The translations under genes and the position numbers were made by a program. The notes under the pieces were generated by a model. The model was not told the DNA's origin, ran no database searches, and worked only from the letters and a program-made list of their open reading frames with translations. Shown here in pieces: positions 1-9,105 of a stretch of 64,000 nucleotides of DNA (position 1 is its first letter; every line of letters begins with the position of its first letter). This DNA is from Bdellovibrionales bacterium (GTDB taxonomy: Bacteria; Bdellovibrionota; Bdellovibrionia; Bdellovibrionales; UBA1609): assembly GCA_965199935.1 (NCBI GenBank), contig CBDATD010000001.1:701984-765983 (forward strand). The letters run 5' to 3'.

Positions 1-285
1 GGAGACCTTATAGACAGCCGTATGAAATACGGTATGGGAATGAGATTTCTGTTTGAAAAGTTTTTTTTAATTCAAGGAGATGTCGTTTATGAACAGAATG
101 TTTTCTCCTTTGGAGGGGGGGTGGAGTTTATTACAAAAGATCAATTTTCTCTTCGGTTGGGGCAGGTTTGGCCTGATCCTTCTTTTCGTATTGGAATTGG
201 CTTTAACGGGTATCCTGTAAAATTAGATTATACCTGGATTCAAAAACAAGGACATACCGCAGGTTTTCGCATTGAAGCCGATTAA
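1..285 (+). CDS. 3' end of a CDS entering from the left window edge; hypothetical protein
   Basis: Frame 1 is open from base 1 to the stop at 283-285. The listed ORF 22-285 only starts at an internal Met. No motif recognised. Confidence 0.3.
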   Translation, partial: GDLIDSRMKYGMGMRFLFEKFFLIQGDVVYEQNVFSFGGGVEFITKDQFSLRLGQVWPDPSFRIGIGFNGYPVKLDYTWIQKQGHTAGFRIEAD

Positions 286-444
286 ACTTGTTTTTAAAAA
301 AGAAGCAAAATTTACAAAAACCGGACAGACAGAGTTGACAGCCTCTGCTCCTGGAGATTCTGTAGAGTAAGAAATTCTGTGTCAACATGGGCCGGACGGT
401 ATGCTGAGCTTTTGAATTTAAGCCTGTGAAAACAAAATCCATTC

Positions 445-2703
445 TTATATTTTCTGAATGTTTACAGAGTAGGATTTTTCTTTGAAATGAATTGGATTTT
501 GATCTGAATTCTCCTCCATCTGTTTTTTAATTTTTGTAAAGTATTTGAATCTTCCCGTCCAAGTGTTCAAGTTTGACGGTTGCATCAAATTTTTTTCCAG
601 ACAAGTGAGAGTTAATGTTTTTTTGGCTCGGGTCATTGCGACGTAAAGAAGACGGTCTTGTTCTAAAAGGTGTTCTGATTTTTTAGAATTTTTCCACAAC
701 TTTTGCTGTACGGAATAAAAAGCCTCTTTGTTTTCATTGTAAAGGGAAAAACCCCATCTTTGATCCTCAGAGGAGACCACAAGCCGATCAGAGTCTGGAG
801 GGATCAATGGCGCATCCACGCTGGGGATGATCACATGTTCAAATTCCAGCCCCTTGGATTGGTGAATAGTCATGAGCTGAATGAAGTTAAGAAGAGGTGA
901 AGAGATGCCTCCCTCACTTGCGCTAAATGTTTTAAATTGGTGAAGCTTTTCTTCTACAAACTGGTAGTATGTGAAATGAATATTCTGTTCTTTTATTTTC
1001 ATTTCTGTAAGAAGGCTCCATAGATTATTTTCCCGTTCTCCAGAAGGGTCTTGACGATGACAAAGGTCAATGACGAGATGGTCTTCCAGAAAAGAAGAGA
1101 AAGCTTCAGAAATTCCCTCTTGCCTGCTTTTTTTCATCAAGGTATTTAAAGCTTTAATTGTTGGATGAAGTTTCATCTCTTGATTCAAATTGACCCATAA
1201 GGGGCGGTCTTTTTTGGAGTGTAAAGCAATTTCCCAATCAGGGAGATAAAGATAAGGAGTCCTTAAAAGTCCAATAAGATTCATAGTATCCAATGGATTG
1301 ATTAAGAATTTTAAAAAGAAAAGGGCGTCAATAATTTCTCTTTTCAGCGTATTTTGAGAATGAATTTGAACAGGGAGCTTGAGTTTTTTTAAAAAATACC
1401 CTGTGTTTATAACGTCTTGATTGGTTTTTTGCAAAACGCATATATGCCCAGGAGGGCTGTTTTTTAAAAGTTGTTGAAGTTTTTGAGCAACGGCGTTTTT
1501 TTCGTCTTGATTGTTTTCGCAAATAAGAAACTGTACAGCGCTTTCTTTTGTTTGACTCTCTTTTTTTCCGGGAGTCATTGGATGAAAATCTGCTCCAAAA
1601 AAATTATTAAAAAACTCAATCAGGTGAGTATGGGATCTAAAATTTTTATTTTTTACCTCCAAAACTCCTTGAGCTTTTGTTTTCTCCATTCTTCGCTTAA
1701 AGACATTTGGATCCGCCTTTCTAAATAGATAAATACTTTGCTGAGGGTCCCCCACCACCCAGAGTTTTTCAGCCTTTTGGGTGAAAGCGTTCAATATCTT
1801 TTCTTGAACGTGATTGATATCTTGGTATTCATCAATAAACCAGGCCCTCCATTCTTTGGAAAAGGCGGAAACAGAGGGTTCTTTTTTTTGTATTATTTGC
1901 AGTGTTTTGCTTTCCAAATCCTGCATTTGAATAAAACCCTGTTTTTCTTTAATCTCCCCCCAATGGCTGTGAAAATTTTGAACTAGCTTATGCAGAAGGA
2001 GAAAGTGATCTTCCAGTTTTTTAAAATTTTTAGGATGGCAGGCCGTAAATAATTTGTCAAAAAGAGAAGCAGATGTTTTATCTGGAATTTCTTTTTTGTA
2101 TTTAATAAACTTCTCTTGAAGATTATCTAAATCAGAAAGGTCTATTGAAAAGTTCGTTTGAGTAATGGATTGAAATGTCTTTGACCATTGTTCACACATT
2201 TCTTGTTTAGATAGAGGCTGAAAATGAATCAGGTCTTCTTTATGCTGAAGAATCAGTTTTAAAATTTCATCATACTTATAATGCTCCATTAGGGGGATAT
2301 AGGAGGGGTCCGATTCAAAAAGATCTTTAAGAGCTGTGCGGGCGGAAGATTCAATTTGCCTCTCATTGATGATATGAGAAAAGGAAAACCAGCGGGGATG
2401 GTATTTTTTTAAAAAATAATAAAGTATTCCATGAAGAGTAGAGATGAAAATTTGAGATGTATCTGAAACAGCATTCACCAGCTCCCAATTTTTTTCTTTA
2501 ACAGCGTACTTCATCATTCTCTCCTTAACCTCTCCGGCGGCTTTTCTGGTAAAGGTGGTAATCATAATGCGTATAGGTTTTTGACTCTTTTCTTTGAATG
2601 AATGCATAGATTGAATCACTTGTTGAATTAAATGAGTGGTTTTCCCTGCTCCAGCAGCAGCCTGCAGGGTGTAGTGTTTTAATTGAGATGAGGGGCTCGG
2701 CAT
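445..2703 (-). CDS. UvrD/PcrA/AddA-type superfamily-1 helicase without a C-terminal nuclease domain
   Basis: Helicase motifs seen: AAAGAGKT (Walker A), FIDEYQD, VVGDPQQSIY, KNFRS, TIHQSKGLEFEHVIIP, LLYVAMTRAKKTLTL. The protein ends about 65 aa after motif VI. The start is probably the internal Met (MPSPSS) at 2703, which overlaps the upstream gene. Confidence 0.75.
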   Translation of the reverse strand: MPSPSSQLKHYTLQAAAGAGKTTHLIQQVIQSMHSFKEKSQKPIRIMITTFTRKAAGEVKERMMKYAVKEKNWELVNAVSDTSQIFISTLHGILYYFLKKYHPRWFSFSHIINERQIESSARTALKDLFESDPSYIPLMEHYKYDEILKLILQHKEDLIHFQPLSKQEMCEQWSKTFQSITQTNFSIDLSDLDNLQEKFIKYKKEIPDKTSASLFDKLFTACHPKNFKKLEDHFLLLHKLVQNFHSHWGEIKEKQGFIQMQDLESKTLQIIQKKEPSVSAFSKEWRAWFIDEYQDINHVQEKILNAFTQKAEKLWVVGDPQQSIYLFRKADPNVFKRRMEKTKAQGVLEVKNKNFRSHTHLIEFFNNFFGADFHPMTPGKKESQTKESAVQFLICENNQDEKNAVAQKLQQLLKNSPPGHICVLQKTNQDVINTGYFLKKLKLPVQIHSQNTLKREIIDALFFLKFLINPLDTMNLIGLLRTPYLYLPDWEIALHSKKDRPLWVNLNQEMKLHPTIKALNTLMKKSRQEGISEAFSSFLEDHLVIDLCHRQDPSGERENNLWSLLTEMKIKEQNIHFTYYQFVEEKLHQFKTFSASEGGISSPLLNFIQLMTIHQSKGLEFEHVIIPSVDAPLIPPDSDRLVVSSEDQRWGFSLYNENKEAFYSVQQKLWKNSKKSEHLLEQDRLLYVAMTRAKKTLTLTCLEKNLMQPSNLNTWTGRFKYFTKIKKQMEENSDQNPIHFKEKSYSVNIQKI

Positions 2704-5339
2704 ATATTCCTCCAATGGCAGTTTGTGCATATTTTTCGATTGAAAGGATTGGCTTGAAAGATATTTTTTTTAAGATTTAAAATGTTTTGCTGTATGGATT
2801 GGTCGATATTTTTTAAAATGACGTCCTTTTTCTCCGTTTCCACAGCCCCCCTAAAGGAAGGAGAGAGTTTTTTACATTCAGAATCTTTAGATATAAAGCC
2901 TTTTGATTTAAAATCTCTATAAGATAAATAAAGGGCTGAGGACACTTTTGCTTGATTTTTCAGTAAGGACACAGCTCCTATGTAAAGAGGCATTTGGAAA
3001 TCCAGGTGCTTTTCCCAATGAGGGATGTTCACATAACCGGCAAGTGAAGATTTGTAATCAATGATTAGATATTCGTTGTGGAAACGGTCCACACGGTCTA
3101 TTCTCCCCTCGATGAGAATGTCCCCTTCTAAATCTAATTTTTCTTTTTTCAAATTCCAATAGACTTTGAAAGGCCACTCTGTGTCTATAGTTTTAATTGA
3201 GCTTATTAATTGAGTTATTTTTTTTTCATTTTCTATGAATTGAACAGCTTTTTTGAAAAATTGTTGTGAATAGGACTGATGCAGATGCTTGTTTGAGGTG
3301 TTAAAATTTATGGACTGAATCAAGTTTAAGATATCTTCTTTATTTTGAATGTTGTTTTTTTTAATCTGATGAAACAGTTTATGTATAATTTTCCCATAGT
3401 CCTTATAGTCCAAATCTATGTCTTGATAAGACATTTCTTTGAGATGAAAAATATTTTTGGACAAAAAGATAAAAGGGCAAACAGCGTAATCTGTAATTTT
3501 AGAAGGGGAAAGCTGTTTAATGGGAATTTTCTGATCTGAAGGCCATTGTCTTTCTGGATGAAGGACGTCTATTGTTTCAGGAGAATACAAAGAAGATTTG
3601 TTCAAAATGTCTTTTATGGGCTGTTGTTGAAGGACACTCCACGCTGTACGGGCCGGCGGATTGTCTTTGACTTGAAAGTTTGTTTTAGAATGCTCCAAAA
3701 GCCAAATTCTTGAGGGAGTTAAACTTTTTCCGTCGAAACTAGTTTCGCTGTAACTGAGAGTCAGAGGTCCGTCAAATGCATTAAGGAAATGAACAATTTC
3801 ATACTCTCTTTGGCTGGGGTCCAGGGTGAGACAGTGAAATCCCAAATCCTGCAGGATTTGTCTGCCTTCCTGTTCGCTTAAGAAGGCGTGAGGAGCTTGA
3901 CGGCAGGACAGGTGGTCTAGTCCTATGAAAAACGCTTGTTTTGCGCGGAGACTTGTTATGGCATTGACACTCAATAATTCCACACCTTGATTTTGCCGGC
4001 TTGGAATATGAAATTCTTCTTGAATTAATTCATTTTCTAGAATTTCCATCCAATCTTCAATAGAAGATTTTTCAAATGTATTGTTTGAGGAAGATATTCT
4101 ATGGAGTGTTTTATTCAAACATTCATTTAATGCTGGATGGGGTTGATTTTTAATAATGGAGCTCCAAAAGTGATGGATCCAATGAACAAATTCATTCACA
4201 AGGAGAAATTTTTTTGATTTATTTTGTTTTGGAAAAGGGAAATCTTTTATATCTTTATCTCGATCACAGTAATAATATTTTGACTTCATTTGAGATATAT
4301 CTTGTGTTTTTTGATGGAGATTGAGGATTGCTGTCATATTTTCAAAAGAAATTTTTCCTGCGTAAAAATGAAGAAGAGAAAGCCATGTTTGTATTTGAGG
4401 AAAAGAGAGGAGAGGCGCTCTAACTCCTTTTTTGAGAGGGATATTTTCTTTTTTGAGATAGCTTTTTAGACAGGGCCAGTAAAGCTCAATATCAGGAGCA
4501 ATGACAGCCAGCTCAGAAGGCTGTCTTCCATTTTTTATAGAGAGGCTTAATTGTTCGGTGATAAAACGTACTTCTTCCAACATTGTTTGAAATTTTCTCA
4601 CTTGTTTTTGATGAACATTCTTTTTTTCAGCAAGAAGTGATTTTTTTTCGCGAGGGCTTTGAATGAGAGAATAAACATAGTGAGAGTTGGAATAGAGGGG
4701 GTTGTTGAGCGGAGGAGGCATTAGCAGTACGACGTCCTGTGTGGAGCTTAAAGCTGTTACAACTGCGGCCTCCACAGAATCTATAGTAAAGCTCAAATCA
4801 ATGATGAAGGGGTTGTTTCCATTTTTTAAAATCTGATCGACAAGAAGGTATTTTGTTAATGATTTTTCAATCAGTTTGTTTTTTTTCAGTTCCGCCCAAA
4901 ACTCTTTGGCAGGCTTGTACCAATGCACCCAACCGGCTTTCTTTGAGAACTGCTGTATCCACATTTCAAAGGAGGCGGGTCCCTCCGGATGATTGAAAAA
5001 CGGCAGAAAAGTATGCAGACTGTGTAAAATTGTTTGATGGCTTGGAATATTTTTGAGCCACGTATAATTAGTTTTTTTAATATAGTTTTTAAAAAGAAGC
5101 TCCATCTGGGCTGAAGAGATGAACCGATAGTTTGGGTGGTTGGATTTAAACAAGCCGCAGTAGAGGTCGCCTGCCCTCCGAATAAAATCTGTGCGAGAAC
5201 GAGGGTGTTTTTCGAGAAAAAAATTTTGAAACTGGATTTTGGATTTAATATCAGAAACTATATACAAACCTTTTGTTGAAGCAGTCTTCAAGTAAGGCAC
5301 GCGGTCTTCAAATGTTGAAACCTCCACTTTTTTAAGCAA
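2679..5339 (-). CDS. AddB-like PD-(D/E)xK nuclease subunit with Fe-S cysteine cluster
   Basis: C-terminal RecB-type nuclease motif (GRIDRVDR...LIIDYKSS). One upstream Cys (YAVCPF) plus a terminal CTNCHWRNIC triad, as in AddB Fe-S staples. No Walker A at the N-terminus. Overlaps the helicase gene downstream. Confidence 0.65.
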   Translation of the reverse strand: MLKKVEVSTFEDRVPYLKTASTKGLYIVSDIKSKIQFQNFFLEKHPRSRTDFIRRAGDLYCGLFKSNHPNYRFISSAQMELLFKNYIKKTNYTWLKNIPSHQTILHSLHTFLPFFNHPEGPASFEMWIQQFSKKAGWVHWYKPAKEFWAELKKNKLIEKSLTKYLLVDQILKNGNNPFIIDLSFTIDSVEAAVVTALSSTQDVVLLMPPPLNNPLYSNSHYVYSLIQSPREKKSLLAEKKNVHQKQVRKFQTMLEEVRFITEQLSLSIKNGRQPSELAVIAPDIELYWPCLKSYLKKENIPLKKGVRAPLLSFPQIQTWLSLLHFYAGKISFENMTAILNLHQKTQDISQMKSKYYYCDRDKDIKDFPFPKQNKSKKFLLVNEFVHWIHHFWSSIIKNQPHPALNECLNKTLHRISSSNNTFEKSSIEDWMEILENELIQEEFHIPSRQNQGVELLSVNAITSLRAKQAFFIGLDHLSCRQAPHAFLSEQEGRQILQDLGFHCLTLDPSQREYEIVHFLNAFDGPLTLSYSETSFDGKSLTPSRIWLLEHSKTNFQVKDNPPARTAWSVLQQQPIKDILNKSSLYSPETIDVLHPERQWPSDQKIPIKQLSPSKITDYAVCPFIFLSKNIFHLKEMSYQDIDLDYKDYGKIIHKLFHQIKKNNIQNKEDILNLIQSINFNTSNKHLHQSYSQQFFKKAVQFIENEKKITQLISSIKTIDTEWPFKVYWNLKKEKLDLEGDILIEGRIDRVDRFHNEYLIIDYKSSLAGYVNIPHWEKHLDFQMPLYIGAVSLLKNQAKVSSALYLSYRDFKSKGFISKDSECKKLSPSFRGAVETEKKDVILKNIDQSIQQNILNLKKNIFQANPFNRKICTNCHWRNICRAPHLN

Positions 5340-5931
5340 GACTCTCCTCCTTTATCAAAGAGAATTTTTTTAATATCTTTTCTGCCTGCCGCTCCAATTC
5401 AATTAAAGTGCCGTTATTTTCAACCACCATGTCTGATCTTTTAATTTTTGTCTTTGGATCTTCTTGAGAGTTTATACGCATTTGAGCGGATTTTTCGGAA
5501 AGATGAAGTTTTTTTGTAATTCTTTCTCTTTGCAATTTTTGGGAGCAAATGACTAAAATAATCCAGTTGAAGCGGGATGACGAATGAGTTTCAAATAATA
5601 ATGGGATTTCATAAAAAATATGAGAGTGTTTTTTTAACTTTTTTTCTTCTTCTTGGATGCATTTAAAAATATAGGGATGCACGATAGATTCAAATTGCCG
5701 CTTTAGGGTGTTATTGGAAAAAATTTGTTGTGCAATTTCTTTAGAGGACAGGTTTTCACCGGATTTTTTTTGGAAGAGTTTCAACAAAGATGGATAAAGC
5801 GGTGAGTGTTTTGACAGAGCTTTTCGGGCTTGTTTATCTGCTGAAATCACAGGGTTTCCCCGATTTTCAAAAAAGCGGCATAGACTGGATTTTCCAGCTC
5901 CTATACCTCCAGTCACAGCAATTTTTATCAT
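5332..5931 (-). CDS. coaE: dephospho-CoA kinase
   Basis: N-terminal MIKIAVTGGIGAGKSS P-loop; about 200 aa. Start taken at the internal Met rather than the ORF-track start at 5952. Confidence 0.8.
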   Translation of the reverse strand: MIKIAVTGGIGAGKSSLCRFFENRGNPVISADKQARKALSKHSPLYPSLLKLFQKKSGENLSSKEIAQQIFSNNTLKRQFESIVHPYIFKCIQEEEKKLKKHSHIFYEIPLLFETHSSSRFNWIILVICSQKLQRERITKKLHLSEKSAQMRINSQEDPKTKIKRSDMVVENNGTLIELERQAEKILKKFSLIKEESLA

Positions 5932-6060
5932 CGAACCCAACCCTTTTTGCATCCTTTTGCCGAATATAGGCTATTTTTGGCTTGAGTTCACTATCTTAGA
6001 CTCAATTTTCTCTTTCGGAAAGCCGATCCTCTAGTGGGTGCATTTTGGGTTTTCTAGAGG

Positions 6061-7926
6061 ATGTTATGTATGCCTACATCTTTTGAATTTGAAAAGTTTA
6101 GCAAATATATCTTAGTCAAAAAAATAGCCGTTGGAGGGATGGCTGAAATTTTCCTGGCTAAGACAAAGAAGAAAGAAGGTGTGTCTCAGTTTGTAGTGAT
6201 CAAGCGAATTTTACCTCAGTTTTCCGCCAATAAAAAATTTCGAACCATGTTTAAGCAAGAGGGGAAAGTTACTTCCCATTTGCGTCATACCAATATGGTT
6301 TATCATCATGAATTTGGTGTTGAAAAAGGCATTTATTACATTGTTATGGAGCATATTTGCGGCCGCTCTTTAAAGGAGCTGGTCAGTCAGTCTAAAAAAT
6401 ACGGTCATAAATTTCCAACACCCATTGCTGTCAATATTGTGCGGGGCATAGCTTCCGCTTTAAACTATATGCATACCAGTATCGACCCGGAAACAGGGCA
6501 GCTGCTTTCTTTGATTCATCGTGATGTCACTCCTCATAATATTATGATTGGCTTCAATGGGGATATTAAACTTATTGATTTTGGCATTGCAAAGGTGTCT
6601 GGTATTGATTTGACAAACTCCGGGGTGGTTAAAGGTAAATTCAGTTATATGAGTCCGGAGCAAATCTCAGGGAAGGAGATAGACAATAAATCGGATATTT
6701 TTTCATTGGGCATTGTACTTTGGGAGCTTTTGGCAGGCCAAAAACTTTTTGCAGGCACTAATATTCAGTCCGTTTTTGGGAAAATTAGAGATTGCCATCT
6801 GCCAAGTATTTCTCAGATTAGATCGGGAGTCTCTCCTGATTTAGTTGTTATTTTGAAGAGGATGCTGGCAAAAGACAGGCATTCCCGCTATCAACGGGCG
6901 GATTCCATTGAAAGAGAGCTGCATTTATTTTTAAATAAAAAATATCCCAATTTTTCACAAGTTGATTTTCAAAATTTTATAAAGAAAATATACGAAGACG
7001 AAATTATAAAAGAAAGAAAACTTCTAATGGATGTCAGTAAGGAAATCAGTCAAACTGATTTAAAGAATTTATCTCACAGTCAGGCCGGCGAAGGACTGAA
7101 TATCCCTGTTGTAGGAGGAAAAAATCAATCCTCTCATCCAACAGCTCTTAAAAAAGGCCAGTCTCAAATTTCAAACACAGTAAAGATGACAGAGAAAAAA
7201 ACTGCTCCATCTTTGAAAGGAGAGCCTACAGTGGTGGGTTCAGAAGCTCCAATTAGCTACATGAAGACGAAAACTGCAAAAAATGATGGTGTGGGGAAAA
7301 GATTTTTAGATGATGTACACACTTATGATGCAGAATTAGTGGAGCAAACTTCGGATGACAATAAGCTTTCTTCCAGTTGGGACAGTTTGAAAGACGCTTA
7401 CGAAGCAAACACTTTAAAGAAAAAATCATCATTTTATAAGGCTTTTGCTGTGATTTTTATACTCATTATTGGAGCTTGGCTCCTGATATCTACTCAAAAT
7501 CCTACTCTGTCTGCGAAGGGTTTTTTGAAAGAAAAGGACTCTGCTGTCCAAAGGGATCGTGAAGCGGCTCCCTTCCAAGGTAGAGAAAAATCAATGAAGA
7601 GTTTACCGGCCTTTGATAAACAAATTGAAGGGCAGGCGCAAAAGGAAGAACCAGATCGTCATCTGGCAATGAATAAGATTTCAGCGTTTTTCAATGTTTA
7701 CATAGAGACCAGCCCTTCCGGTGCTGATGTTTATTTGAATGGAGATAAGGTTGGACAGCAAACTCCCGTACTCATCAATGTTCCCAAGGAAGGATTTCAT
7801 CGTCTGGAAGTGCGTCGAGACGGATATGAGCCGTACATACTGAACAATTTATCTTCTGCCAGCAATGTAGAGGTGCAGTTAAAAAAAATCAAAAAGAAAA
7901 AAAAGAGAAAAACAACCACACCATAA
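6061..7926 (+). CDS. Ser/Thr protein kinase with TM segment and C-terminal PEGA domain
   Basis: Hanks kinase motifs: GGMAEIF...VVIKRI, HRDVTPHNIM, DFGIAK, SPEQ. A hydrophobic segment AFAVIFILIIGAWLLI. C-terminal PEGA-like segment SPSGADVYLNGDKVGQQTPVLINVPKEGFHRLEVRRDGYEPY. Confidence 0.85.
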   Translation: MLCMPTSFEFEKFSKYILVKKIAVGGMAEIFLAKTKKKEGVSQFVVIKRILPQFSANKKFRTMFKQEGKVTSHLRHTNMVYHHEFGVEKGIYYIVMEHICGRSLKELVSQSKKYGHKFPTPIAVNIVRGIASALNYMHTSIDPETGQLLSLIHRDVTPHNIMIGFNGDIKLIDFGIAKVSGIDLTNSGVVKGKFSYMSPEQISGKEIDNKSDIFSLGIVLWELLAGQKLFAGTNIQSVFGKIRDCHLPSISQIRSGVSPDLVVILKRMLAKDRHSRYQRADSIERELHLFLNKKYPNFSQVDFQNFIKKIYEDEIIKERKLLMDVSKEISQTDLKNLSHSQAGEGLNIPVVGGKNQSSHPTALKKGQSQISNTVKMTEKKTAPSLKGEPTVVGSEAPISYMKTKTAKNDGVGKRFLDDVHTYDAELVEQTSDDNKLSSSWDSLKDAYEANTLKKKSSFYKAFAVIFILIIGAWLLISTQNPTLSAKGFLKEKDSAVQRDREAAPFQGREKSMKSLPAFDKQIEGQAQKEEPDRHLAMNKISAFFNVYIETSPSGADVYLNGDKVGQQTPVLINVPKEGFHRLEVRRDGYEPYILNNLSSASNVEVQLKKIKKKKKRKTTTP

Positions 7927-7932
7927 AATTTT

Positions 7933-8244
7933 ATGAAAATTATCACTTGCCTGCTTCTGCTGTCTGCCTGCTCCTTAAGGGATCCAAACTCTCTTATGCT
8001 AAAAGACTTTGCTGCGGGTGAAGATTTGAGTTTATGCTCTCCAAAGGATGAAAACGATGACAGAAAAATTTTTCCATCGTTGAAAGGTGAATGTGATTAC
8101 ATCAAGAGGCCGTCTCCTTTTCATAAAGTAACCCGGCAAGTCATTAACGGAGAAGTTTGCTGTGTCATGGAGGTTTATATTGATCATGGAAACGGGATTG
8201 TAACTTCCGTTGCCACTGAAAGACAAAACATGTTAATTCCATAA
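7933..8244 (+). CDS. small lipoprotein, unknown function
   Basis: Signal peptide with lipobox (LLLLSAC). Lies 6 nt after the kinase stop, same strand. Confidence 0.5.
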   Translation: MKIITCLLLLSACSLRDPNSLMLKDFAAGEDLSLCSPKDENDDRKIFPSLKGECDYIKRPSPFHKVTRQVINGEVCCVMEVYIDHGNGIVTSVATERQNMLIP

Positions 8245-8247
8245 CCC

Positions 8248-9093
8248 ATGAAATCTTTCTTTAAGAAAAAAGTACAGAAGGTTGTAATTATCTTCCGTGA
8301 TTCTCAGATTCAGCCCGTCGGCAGAGAAGCGGTTCAATGGTTGAAAGAAAAAGGGATTAAAGCTTATCTGTTCTCCCAGAATCATCTAAACAATAAAGTG
8401 TTAAAAAAATCTGCTGATTTTATTTTGGTATTAGGCGGAGATGGAACTTATCTGAGCGCAGTTCGATGGATTCAAAATGCATCTATTCCTCTACTCGGTG
8501 TGAATATGGGGTCCTTGGGGTTTTTAACAGTGCATTTGAAGGAAAAACTGTATGAATGCCTTCAGCAAACTTTGGATGGAGAAATGATTTTGGACAAACG
8601 CTCTCTTCTGCATGTTCAGGCGGGTGTCCGTAAAGGTTATGTGTTGGCTCTGAATGATGTTGTCATAGAGAGAGGGGTGACGAGCAGACTGATTGATATT
8701 TCTGTCTATTCAGACAATAAGTGGATGTACAGTCTTAAGTCAGATGGTTTGATTGTTTCATCTGCTACAGGCTCTACAGCTTATAATTTGGCGGCAGGGG
8801 GGCCTATTCTCCATCCTAAAGTCCAAGCCTTCGTTGTAACTCCTATTTGCCCGCATTCTTTAACCCATCGGCCCGTGCTGTTTCCAGAGAATCAAATTTT
8901 AAAGGTTAAGATTGAAAATGCAGCTGCGGGGGCTTTATTGACTGTCGATGGACGCAGACAGAGCAAACTGTCCAAATCTTCTTCTGTTGTCATTAAGAAA
9001 TCGACAAAAATGCATCAATCCCTGCGAGCTTCCAAAGACAGCGGTTTTATTTTCTTAAAAGATAAGCTTAAATTTTTTGAAAGATCGGGCTAA
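8248..9093 (+). CDS. nadK: NAD kinase
   Basis: GGDGTYL motif, NDVVIERG, SSATGSTAYNLAAGGPI; 281 aa. Confidence 0.9.
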   Translation: MKSFFKKKVQKVVIIFRDSQIQPVGREAVQWLKEKGIKAYLFSQNHLNNKVLKKSADFILVLGGDGTYLSAVRWIQNASIPLLGVNMGSLGFLTVHLKEKLYECLQQTLDGEMILDKRSLLHVQAGVRKGYVLALNDVVIERGVTSRLIDISVYSDNKWMYSLKSDGLIVSSATGSTAYNLAAGGPILHPKVQAFVVTPICPHSLTHRPVLFPENQILKVKIENAAAGALLTVDGRRQSKLSKSSSVVIKKSTKMHQSLRASKDSGFIFLKDKLKFFERSG

Positions 9094-9105
9094 TATGGCC
9101 GGAAT

